This document shows positions 1 through 9,061 of a stretch of DNA of 20,000 nucleotides, one piece after another. Under the pieces are notes generated by a model. It did no database searches. It was not told the origin of the DNA and saw only the letters and a list, made by a program, of their open reading frames with translations. The position numbers and the translations under genes are program-made. Origin of the DNA: Chiloscyllium plagiosum (lineage: Eukaryota); NCBI RefSeq assembly GCF_004010195.1, contig NC_057718.1, positions 77,856,523 to 77,876,522 of the forward strand, given 5' to 3'. Position 1 is the stretch's first letter. Every line of letters begins with the position of its first letter.

Positions 1-44
1 AATAAATCTACTCTTCCATCTTTTTATTAATTTTAAACCTCCAG

Positions 45-1262
45 TTCACTGCCCTCAGTGAGACTCAGCTACCTGAGGAGGGTCAGCTAATGGAAACTGG
101 TGTAGGTTACACATTCTTTTGGAGTGGTTGGGAAAAGAAGAATAATGTAAAGGAGAGTGGTTTTTGCTGTCATGAAACATCCCTTGAACAAGTTGACTTG
201 CCTTCAAGTGAGCGTCATCATTTAAATGGTTCTTAAACTCTTCCTGGACAGCAACAGACAAGAAACCTTCTGAATGTATAGATCCACCATGATCAACCCT
301 AGTGAAGTCATGGACAAGTGCTATGATGGGTTCCACTCCTTGACTGCTATGGTACCAAAGTCAGACAAGCTAACCATTCCTGGTGAGTTCAAACCAAGAT
401 TAGGCTTGGGATGGTGTCATTCTGAAAAAGGGAGTTGGCAGTTCTAACAGCAGTTGTCTTCTTTTACTGAAGATGTAACCTGAGCCTGAGCTCTTCATCA
501 ACAACAGCTTTCTGCCTCTCTAGTTGAAACAAGATATCTTATTTGCACCCTGTTCTATAGTTTGGCACCTAATTGATCATGTCACTGCCAGACAGAGGGA
601 CAGACAGGATCTGCATGCAACAAAACCCATGAACTGACTGCTGGATTCACCATTGTCTTATCATTTCAAAATTCAACATTCAAGATTTATCTCTTGAAAC
701 ATCCCCAAGGCCCAAAGTCCAAATATGTCTCAATATCAGGTCCAAACAAGCAGTCATGAAGGAATCTCTTTAAAGAATTTTGAGTGTTACCTGTGTCACG
801 AAAAATCAGCACTGATATGAAATGCTGACTTACCTGTCTCTTCAGAACAGATTTCTGGACAGAGACTGAGGCCTACAACTTCTGCCATGCTATGGGGGTT
901 TGTGCACACAGAGCAAGGCTGATTATGCACGTTCAGCGCAGCATCTGAGCCTTTTATGTAATAACTGTAGATACAGATTTGTATCTGCATTGTGGAGTAT
1001 GCAAAGGGTGAACATTGCATCGGGACTGCAAGAAACCCTGTCTACAAGACTTGGTATAGCACAAATGGGAAGTCCGTGAAACATAGTCAAGTGCACAGCA
1101 GCAGGGAAACAGGTTCCATATCCAAAAGGTGCTCTGCAGCAAGTTGCAGGAAATTTAGGATCCAGTAGATGCAGCTATAAGCTAGGGTTCGCACTCAGGA
1201 AAAGCCTGCTGGAGCAATAAAGTCTTGGATAACACTCTGCAATCCACTGATGGTTTTCAGTG
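45..1262 (+). mobile_element. RTE-clade LINE, 5' part (APE endonuclease and linker), decayed
   Basis: Hand translation across stops/frameshifts gives ALSETQLPEEGQLMETGVGYTFFWSG, TMINPSEVMDKCYDGFHSL..VPKSDKLTIPGEFKPRLG (GDFNARVG-like), WHLIDHVTARQRDRQD and DCWIHH, typical of RTE/BovB-type endonucleases. Confidence 0.85.
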
Positions 1263-1364
1263 CAGATGAATTTCAGGCTAAAGAGGCTCATATTTGCTTG
1301 GTACAGCTGAAAAATATCAATGTTTGGAGGAATCCAAGGATACTTGCAGCTTAGTGATACTAGT

Positions 1365-1652
1365 AATCAAGCAGGAAATCGGAGATACATGCGGTAAAGG
1401 ACCATCTGTAATAATGGGTACTTTAATCTGCATATAGATTGGGCAAAACATATTAGTCAGAATACTGTACAGGAGAAATTCCTACAGTGTATATAGATAG
1501 TTTTCTGTACCAATATATTAAGTAGCCAACCACATAACAGGCCATCTTAGAAGGATATTGTACAATGAGAAAGGAATAATTGGGAATGCAACTGTGAGAG
1601 TTGGGGATGAACAACCATAATATGACAGCATTTTTCATAAAGATAAAGAGTA
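1365..1652 (+). mobile_element. CR1-clade LINE ORF2 endonuclease fragment
   Basis: Degenerate VIMG(D)FNLHIDW, QAILE..LYNEKGII and LGMNNHNM (SDHN motif) typical of CR1 endonuclease. Confidence 0.8.
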
Positions 1653-1656
1653 AGGA

Positions 1657-2210
1657 AAATAAACAAAGAACTGCGGATGCTGTAAATCAGAAACAAAACA
1701 GAAATTTGAAAAACAGAAACAATAGGTGGAGATGGAGCCCAGAGAGAGAGAGAAGGCAGCTAGGCAGACGAAGGAATGGCTAAAGATCAGCCTTGAAGAA
1801 TCAATAGCTGCTAATGGGGACCACTTGTGGCTGACAATGGGTTGTTTGCTATTGCAGCCCATGTGATGACAAGGTCTTGCGTGTGGGGTTGAGGTAAGGA
1901 CATGGGAGAAGATGCTCAGGTCCTAAAATTATTGAACTCGATATTGAGTCTTGAAGGCTGCAAGGTCCCTAAGTGAATAATGAGGTGCTGCTTTTCAAGC
2001 TTGTGCTGAGCTTTGCTGGAGCACTGCAGCAAGCTTGAGACAGAGATGTTGGTGCTTTCAGTGTCAGGTAACAGTGTCATTGTCAGGGTCATTTTGCATT
2101 AAAAAGGTAAGTGTTCAGCAAAGTGGTCTCCACAATATTGAGCAGACCACATTGTGAGCAGCGAATACAGTTGACCAGATTGAACAAAGTGTGGGTAAGT
2201 TGCTGTTTTA
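1657..2210 (-). mobile_element. Penelope-like element 3' end: GIY-YIG endonuclease remnant plus pLTR
   Basis: Minus strand reads NLVNCIRCSQCGLLNIVET (VYCIRC..C..YIGET-like), HFAEH and LLQCSSKAQHKLEKQHLIIHLGTLQPSRLNIEFNNFRT* (stop 1916-1918). The end at about 1657-1700 resembles the CAGCATCTGCAG tail of the other pLTRs in this window. No hammerhead core is visible in this copy. Confidence 0.85.
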
Positions 2211-3483
2211 GAATTAGAATGAGCCTTATTGTGACATGTACTCACATGAAGAAAAACATCTTTCCTGCAACAGTTCTGTAACTGTGACTTTTAACTAATA
2301 AGTCAGAGACATTTTAAGAGGAATCTGACCACCTTGTGTCACTTCACAACTAATGGAAGCATTTGGAGAAAAATGACTGAAACAGCCATAAGGATCATGA
2401 GAAGTGTCATGACGATCACTTCAACATCAGTACCTGGGAATAAAGACTGCTGAACATGTGTTTCTTGTTTTTCCCTCTCTGTCAGTCTGTAAGGGGGAGT
2501 TTATTATATGCTGATGGTTAACCTGCAACTAGAGTTTAATTATTTGTAATAAATACTAATTGTTGTTCAGTTCAGAAACCCACTCCACATCTTCTATCAA
2601 CCTGGATCTGTAAAGGTCAGAAATATTGTGAAACTTTGCATATTTTTAAAAAAATTAACTTTTGCATTGATTCTGAAAATAGCAGAGTTTGATTTTCAGT
2701 GTGCTCTCAATGAGTTGTAACAGTGGCTAAAGAGTTAATTAATGCATTTGTGTTAACTTTGCAAAATTCTCTACATTTAGGAAAGTTCCATCATGCCGGT
2801 CATGAAAGAGAGTAAAGCTGGACATATATTAAACCTCAAGGGAATTGTGAGGAGTTAGTATTATTTTGTGAAAGAGATATCATGTTTAACTAACTTATTT
2901 AAGTTTTTTGAAGGAGTAATGTGTGTTGTGGATAAAAGGAAGCCTGTACACACAGTACTTGGATTTCCAGAAGGCATTATAAGAAGGTGTCACCTTAAAG
3001 ATTATGTTAGAAAATAAATGGTCATGGTGCAAGGACAAAATATTACCATGGATAGGTAACTGGTTGGCTGGCAGAAAACAGACAGTATGCATAAATGAGC
3101 GTTTCTCTGATTGACCAGACCTGACAAGTGGGGTGTCGAAGGTGTCTGTGCTGTGTTCTCAACTTTTTACAATTTACATCAACAACTTAGGCAACAGGAG
3201 CAAAGTCATGGTAGCTAAATTCACAGATGACACAAAGATAGGTAGGAAAGTATTTTGTGAAGAAAACATAGATAATTTGGGATGGATATAGAAAGGTTTA
3301 GTGAGTGGGCAAAAATCTGGCAGTGGGAGAAAAATGAGGGAAAATGTGAAGTTGTATGTTTTGGTGGGAAGAATAAAAAAGCAAAGCACACTTAAATAAG
3401 GAGCGCAGAATTCTGAGGTACAAACAGTCCTAGCTGTTCTAGTGCATTTATCACAAAATGGTAGTATGCAGGTACAACACATA

Positions 3484-3785
3484 GCTGGAAATGTGTTGCT
3501 GGAAAAGCGCAGCAGGTCAGGCAGCATCCAGGGAACAGGAGANNNNNNNNNNNNNNNNNNNNNNNNNNNNNNNNNNNNNNNNNNNNNNNNNNNNNNNNNN
3601 NNNNNNNNNNNNNNNNNNNNNNNNNNNNNNNNNNNNNNNNNNNNNNNNNNNNNNNNNNNNNNNNNNNNNNNNNNNNNNNNNNNNNNNNNNNNNNNNNNNN
3701 NNNTGCTGCCTGACCTGCTGCGCTTTTCCAGCAACACATTTCCAGCTCTGATCTCCAGCATCTGCAGACCTCACTTTCTCCTCAA
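3484..3785. mobile_element. Palindromic Penelope pLTR-derived mini-insertion, copy 1 (centre in assembly gap)
   Basis: 3483-3526 is the exact reverse complement of 3704-3747 (44 bp). Flanked by direct repeat AGGTACAACACATA at 3470-3483 and 3786-3799. Unpaired tail 3748-3785. Confidence 0.9.
3543..3703. other. Assembly gap (161 N)
   Basis: Run of N at the centre of the inverted repeat. Confidence 1.
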
Positions 3786-3984
3786 AGGTACAACACATAA
3801 CCAAGAAGGCTAATTGGATGCTATACTTTTATTATGAAAGGAACTGAACATGAAAGCAAGAATGCTATGCTTTAGTTTTGCAGGGTTAGTGAGAATACGT
3901 TTTAAATACTGTCAGTTTTGGTTTCCTTGTCTACAAAAGGATGGATACACGTGGATATGGTTCAGAAGAGGTCTACTGAATGTC

Positions 3985-4505
3985 TTCTGAGCAATTGCTG
4001 TGCCACTCTGCTCTACACATGCTAGACTTAGATTGTGTGCCAGCATGATGCCAAGAAGCTCAATCACTTTCATTTGAACAGTTGCAGAAGCTTCTGAAAA
4101 TCAAATGGCAGGATAAAATACCTAATGCTGAAGAGCTCACCAAAGCAAATCAATTATGGCAAGCTTGAAACTGGGAATGTGCTCTCAAGATGGTCAAAGG
4201 AAACACTACTAGGGCACTCTGAAAGCTTCAGTTAAGAGTTTTGATATCGACTTTGGAGTCCTAGATGAAGCTCATCCAGGATCACTACATTTGTTACAAC
4301 CAAATAAAAAAATTGCATGTCTTCTTCAAAAGCATATGCATATGAGGCTGAAAATAAATGCAAGAAGAGGAAATCCCAAGTTGGCACTCATCCAAAACCC
4401 TGCAAGATCTTCCGATATAAATTGGTCAAGCAGTTACTCACGTAAATCCTACTGAGCACCTCAAATGGACAGCCTGGTCATCTTTGCCTCAAAGGACAAA
4501 CAGAC
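3985..4505 (+). mobile_element. RTE-clade LINE 3' end (post-RT C-terminus and 3' UTR)
   Basis: TLLYTC.T.IVCQHDAKKLNHFHLN, KLLKIKWQDKIPNAEELTKA, YGKLETG..SQDGQRKHY.GTLKASVKSFDID resemble the RTE C-terminus (LLYGCETW, WQDKIP, GGQRKRYKDTLK). Confidence 0.85.
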
Positions 4506-5264
4506 TTACATAAAAATTATTAAATTGATCTATGTAATATGGAATGAATTCACGTGTGGCGTATAGCTTTAAGATATCACAACCAGAATTAATTTCCTTG
4601 CCACAAGCTCAGAATTATATTGCCACAAGCTCAATAACAAACAGAAATCAAATTAAAAACATATTTGGCTTTTTAATAAAATGCAGCCAGTAACTGGGAA
4701 TAAACTAATGTTTGCACAGTAAGGACTTTGTTGCAAAAACAAAACTCTACCAACAAATATAACAAACACAGCATTGGGAAAAAGCTACTTGTAATTCAAT
4801 TCTGGAGTTCACTCGATGTTCCTATTCAAATATGTGATGGTATCTTATCTCCATGATTAAATTACAGCTGCACAATTATTTCCTGCCATTCCTAGTTACA
4901 CATTATTATATTACTCTTTGTTCCCTACTGTACTTATAGATATAGATTCATTATTTGAATAACCTATTTTGTTTTATTTGCAATTTTTGAAACAAAATTA
5001 GCACAAAAGTACAATATAGAAAAAAAATTACTTTTAGTTAATATACCAAAAACATATCAGACAAGAAAAATACATATTTGCTAAGTTTTTATGATATCGA
5101 CATCAATTTTAAAAAGTTTATTTCAGCCCATGGGGATTTACAAATGAATGATTATTCAGTCTGGCTACTGGGATGGCAGAGCATGAGTGTGGCACTGCAC
5201 ACCTTTACTTTAAAAACTTGCAGTTACTGACTATCTCTGGTCGAAGGTCAGCTGACAGAAAATT

Positions 5265-6265
5265 GTACATAGGAATAAAGGCATAGGAATGGAAATAAAC
5301 CATTTAGCCCCATTAGCCTGGACAACTGTACAATGAAATTATGGTTGATCTGCAGCCTACTGCTTTAGAACATACCCAATATTTTTTAATGCCTTTTGTT
5401 AATAAAGACCTACCAATTGACCCCAAATCAGTTGTTGTCTGCAAAAGATTCACATTTCAACAGGCATTTGTGTGCCAAAATGTTTCCAAATTACACTACA
5501 CCTTTTGGACTACTCCCCCTGTCCTAGACTCTTCAACTAACAATGATTTGTAGTTAAAATTTAAACTATCTACATTTCAGTGAATACAATCATAGTTTAT
5601 ATAGGCTCTTCTTGTAATTTGACACTTGGAGTCCATGCATCATTCTGATAAATACATACTGCAATCCAAATCAATTATACCTTTCCTCAGGTGTGGTATC
5701 CAGAACTTAATAGAATATTCGAGAATTGGCATAACCCTGACTCTGTATAATTGCAGCAGGCCTTCTACCTCTATGTATTCTAGATCTCTACGCATAAATA
5801 TTAATATTTCATTAGTCTTTTGATCATTTTCTACACAGGACATTTTATTGATCATTGTACTTAGACTCTTGAGCTTCTATGGTTTTATTGTTTTAGAGTA
5901 CATTGTTTTAACTTTCCAATATTTAGAAAGCATAGTCATTTTTATTTCCAATGTTGATGACTTCACATTCGTTTAAATTGAAATCCATTTGCTACAGCTT
6001 TGCCCATTCACTTAATCTATCAATATCTCTGTAATATTATGCATCCAACTGCACTGCTTATGTTGTTGCCCATCTCATTGTCATGAGCAAATTTTGATTT
6101 GTGGCTTTCTATCACACCATCTAAGTCATTAATAGATAAGAAAAATAGTTGTGGCTCCAACACAGATTGTTGTGGGACACAACTAATGGCACCCTGCCAA
6201 TTTGAGTACCAATCCATAAACACTATTCTCTTTTTTTTTGCTGTTCAGTCAATTACTTCAACATA
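5265..6265 (-). mobile_element. CR1-clade LINE 3' portion (RT to 3' tail), old
   Basis: ORFs 6020-6223 (SCVPQQSVLEPQLFFLSINDLD..SKFAHD) and 5640-5855 (LQLYRVRVMPILEYSIKFWIPHLRK); CATAGGAAT repeats at about 5268-5290 are the reversed short-repeat tail. Confidence 0.85.
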
Positions 6266-6616
6266 CACATTGGTGCCAGAATTGGGGTAAGTGGGATCTG
6301 TATTGATGGGTTGGTCTCCACCTGAAGTGTGCTGGAGCCAGTGGTCTTGCAAGTCCCATAACTAGGGACACGGAGAGCATTTTAAACTGAGGGAGACAAG
6401 GGGTGATAAATCAATAGAGTCAAGAGGTATATCCAAAATATCCAAAAAAGAGATACATTAACATGAGAAACCACAAAACTGACCCTGATAAAAAGGGATA
6501 GAGAGTATGGATCCAAGAGGCAAAAGTGAGAACTGCAGATGCTGGAAACCAGAGTTTAGGTCAGAGTGGTGCTGGAAAAGCACAGCAGGTCAGGCAGCAT
6601 CCAAGGAGCAGGAAAA

Positions 6617-6648
6617 TCGACGTTTCGGGCAAAAGCCCTTCATCAGGA
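6617..6648 (-). ncRNA. Minimal type I hammerhead ribozyme core (Penelope-type)
   Basis: Minus strand: tc-CTGATGA-A-GGGC-TTTT-GCCC-GAAA-C-GTC-ga. It has the CUGANGA box, perfect 4-bp stem II, GAAA box, loopless palindromic stem III (ACGT) and GUC cleavage triplet. Stem I is only 2 bp here. Confidence 0.8.
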
Positions 6649-6650
6649 AA

Positions 6651-6680
6651 CTGATGAAGGGCGTTTGCCTGAAACGTTGA
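6651..6680 (+). ncRNA. Minimal hammerhead ribozyme core, slightly decayed copy
   Basis: CTGATGA-A-GGGC-GTTT-GCCT-GAAA-C-GTT: core boxes intact, one G-U in stem II, GUU triplet; the 5' strand of stem I is lost at the palindrome centre. Confidence 0.65.
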
Positions 6681-6829
6681 GTTTCCTGCTCCTCGGATGC
6701 TGCCTGACCTGCTGTGCTTTTCCAGCACCACTCTGATCTACACCCCAGTATGGATCCAAGAGTCAACTAATAAATAACACTAGAATTTATAAAGAGAGTG
6801 AAGGATGAAGACGAAAGGCTCTGTACATG

Positions 6830-7016
6830 AGTGGTGGAGGTTGGTACAATTGTAACATTTAAAAGCCATCTGGATGGGTATATGAATAGGAAGGGCTTAG
6901 AGGGATGTGGGCCAAGTGCTGCCAAATGGGACTAGATTGGGTTGGGATATCTGGTCAGCGTGGACGAGTTGGACCGAAGGGTCTGTTTCTGTGCTGTGTA
7001 TCTTTATGACTCTATA
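6830..7016 (+). mobile_element. HER1/CR1-like LINE 3' terminal fragment
   Basis: VVEVGTIVTFKSHLDGYMNRKGLEGCGPSAAKWD* followed by 3' UTR TTGGACCGAAGGGTCTGTTTCTGTGCTGTG and TATGACTCTAT tail; near-identical family in reverse at 13841-14200. Confidence 0.85.
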
Positions 7017-7480
7017 TCAATAAGTTGCCTTCAATCCCATGAACTTCAACTTCAGTTAACAATCTCTAATAAAGTTATTTATAATGTCTTCTGGAAGTCA
7101 ACATAAATAATGACCATAGACATTCTTCTGATCACTACTTTCAAAAGATGTATTCAGCTTTAGGCATGATTTACCCTTTACGAACACAAGCTGGTTCACT
7201 CTAAGCAGCTGAAAGTTTTCAAGACGTAGGTCACTGTCTCCTGAATTGTAGACCTTAGTAACTATCGACAACAGATTTTAGGCTATCTGACCTCAAACTG
7301 GTTGAATTTCTTTTCTCACATTTTGAAAATAGCTGAGTACATGTTCAACTTTTCAATCACAATGTAAGGATTCTAAATTGAGGGAACTATGGAAGTTTCT
7401 AGTTAAAACCTCTACAATGTTCTTATTTACTTCCTTCAAAACCGTGAAATGAAGAAACCATCTGATAACTTGTCCCTTGC
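7017..7480 (-). mobile_element. CR1 RT fragment, probable upstream continuation of 5265-6265
   Basis: Minus strand IIYVDFQKTL (LDFQKAF-like), EVHGIEGNL and degenerate upstream RT motifs. Confidence 0.65.
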
Positions 7481-7905
7481 ACTTGCACCTGACTACATTG
7501 TTTTTCCAAATATGATCGTAAAACTTTTATGTTAATTTGATACATATTCACATTTTGCTTTACAGTTCGTATAGAAAACAGAGTTAACATTTCAAAGCCA
7601 GTGACTCTTTAAGAATTTCTCTATCAATTTCTCTTTTTGTCACAGTTTTCATTATCTGTTTTGTCATCCTTTGCAGCTATTATTCTTTCCAAATTGTTAA
7701 AATCTGCGATTCCTTGCATTCTCACATACTTTGAAATTTTTTTAATCTATTATCTATTTCTTCTTCAGTTAAACATGACTGTTTTCTTTAACAAATAGAG
7801 CACTTGACCCTTAGGGACATAAACCAGTTCTGTAACATACTATCTTCATTTTGAACACTCATCATCTGTCATCATAAAAACCTAATAAAAAATGTACTCA
7901 CTTAC

Positions 7906-8005
7906 TGTGGATAGCCTCACTTAGTTCTTTAGCAGCTGCTTTGAGTTTATCCTTTTCAGACACCATGGCCCATAATTTCTGCTGTGACAAAAACAGTGAA
8001 AATTC
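7906..8005 (-). CDS. Candidate host-gene exon (100 nt), product unidentified
   Basis: Minus strand: acceptor ttctgattttcag, exon EFSLFLSQQKLWAMVSEKDKLKAAAKELSEAIH (only open frame of three), donor A|gtaagt; lies in sequence I do not recognise as repeat. Confidence 0.6.
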
Positions 8006-8399
8006 CTGAAAATCAGAAGTGCCGGCCTCAAAATTATCAGCTGTTTCCATTTAAATGCCATTTTGGTATCCTAGCTGTTTGGAACACATTCTGTAGAGTA
8101 TACAGGTCAGTTTCAGTACATTTCTTTTGGACAGCCAGAAATTGATTCTTGCTGTGTTATAGGAGAAAACGCTGGTTAATGTTCGAGTATCTGATAGATA
8201 TTTAAGTTTTATTCTATTTTTAATGGTCAAAGTCATAAATTTTGAGCAAGAGAAGAGCATTAAAGCCACAGATTGCAGGTTTACTTGTTGTTAGATGATT
8301 GGTGGGATGATATCATAAGCCACAACATAATGAAAGTCCAGTGAAAACTAGATGGTAGAATTTGAATATTTCTAGCCTTAAAGTAAAAGTAAGGTCTTT

Positions 8400-9060
8400 A
8401 TTTTGTGCTTAGGTCTCTAGTCTATTTTTTTCTACCTTTTCCTTAAAAACAACTTCAAATTACAGTAAATTGTAAAGAGTGGAGAATTCTTAAAGTGTAA
8501 TGAGCAAGGCTACTACAGGAATTAATTAATAAATTAAATAAAGTAGAAAAATGATGGCAGGATAGGTAATACATTTCTGCTGTAGCATGTAGGAGTTGCT
8601 GGACACAAGGGTGATCTAGGGCAAAAAACGTTCAAAAGAAGTGTTTGCAGATTAAGGAACTCTGGATTCAAGTTGAGGAGCTGGAGTCTGAGCTGCAGGC
8701 ATTGCAAATATAATGGAGGGAGGACTTAATGGAAACTCAGGGACACTTCACTCTAGAAGGTGATCATACACTTCAAATTTGGCTATTCAAATTTGGTCTG
8801 CAATCAGGGGCAAGAGGATGTGACCTTAGATGAGGCAGATATGGAGAACAGGCGGACACATTTCAGGAGCTTTGGCCTTGGTAACTATCTAACATTTAAG
8901 GTTCTTGTAAACTTTGTGGACGAGAACAAGGACTGCAGGGAGGAGGAATGAACTGACCATGACATCTTGGTACTGAAAATAATTAAGCTGGGATGGGGAT
9001 GGAGATAATAGGAATGCAGTAATGGTAGTGGAAAGTATAATTTGGGGAGAACCTATTGTC
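8400..9060 (+). mobile_element. CR1 5' region and ORF1 N-terminus (zinc finger/leucine zipper type), decayed
   Basis: MMAG.VIHFCCSM.ELLDT..KCLQIKELWIQVEELESELQALQ (degenerate Cys motif plus heptad coiled coil), LSN..KVL motif, and degenerate start of the esterase domain near 9015-9050. Confidence 0.65.
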
Positions 9061-9061
9061 T

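Larger units (their letters stand above)
2740..3978 (+). mobile_element. CR1-clade LINE reverse transcriptase fragment, interrupted at 3484-3785
   Basis: SCLTNLFKFFEGV, LDFQKAL, SGVSKVSVLCSQLFTIYINNL (GVPQGSVLGP-like), VAKFTDDTKIG (FADD); QVQHITKKANWML is restored when the insert and one TSD copy are removed. Confidence 0.9.
6520..6746. mobile_element. Palindromic Penelope pLTR-derived mini-insertion, copy 2 (complete)
   Basis: Arms 6554-6646 and 6651-6743 are reverse complements (7 mismatches in 93 bp by hand count) around a GAAA spacer. TSD AGTATGGATCCAAGAG at 6504-6519 and 6747-6762. Unpaired tail 6520-6553. Confidence 0.92.
6270..6830 (+). mobile_element. CR1 ORF1 end, inter-ORF region and ORF2 start fragment (host of palindromic copy 2)
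   Basis: WGKWDLY..GLHLK.AGASGLASPITRD..SILN* resembles the SGNH ORF1 end also seen at 14265-14340 (minus); KALYM at about 6815-6830 resembles the ORF2 start motif. Confidence 0.65.

Noticed and set aside
2209..2270. TAGAAT x2 plus TTATTGTGACATGTAC resembling the LINE tail at 19596
   Set aside because: Too short and diverged to call.
3174..3813. Five long ORFs spanning the N run
   Set aside because: Artefacts of the gap (X residues) and of the palindrome giving mirror-image peptides.
4506..5264. AT-rich unique stretch as exon or 3' UTR of the host gene
   Set aside because: Candidate frames I tried hit stops quickly, and AATAAA hexamers are expected by chance at this AT content.
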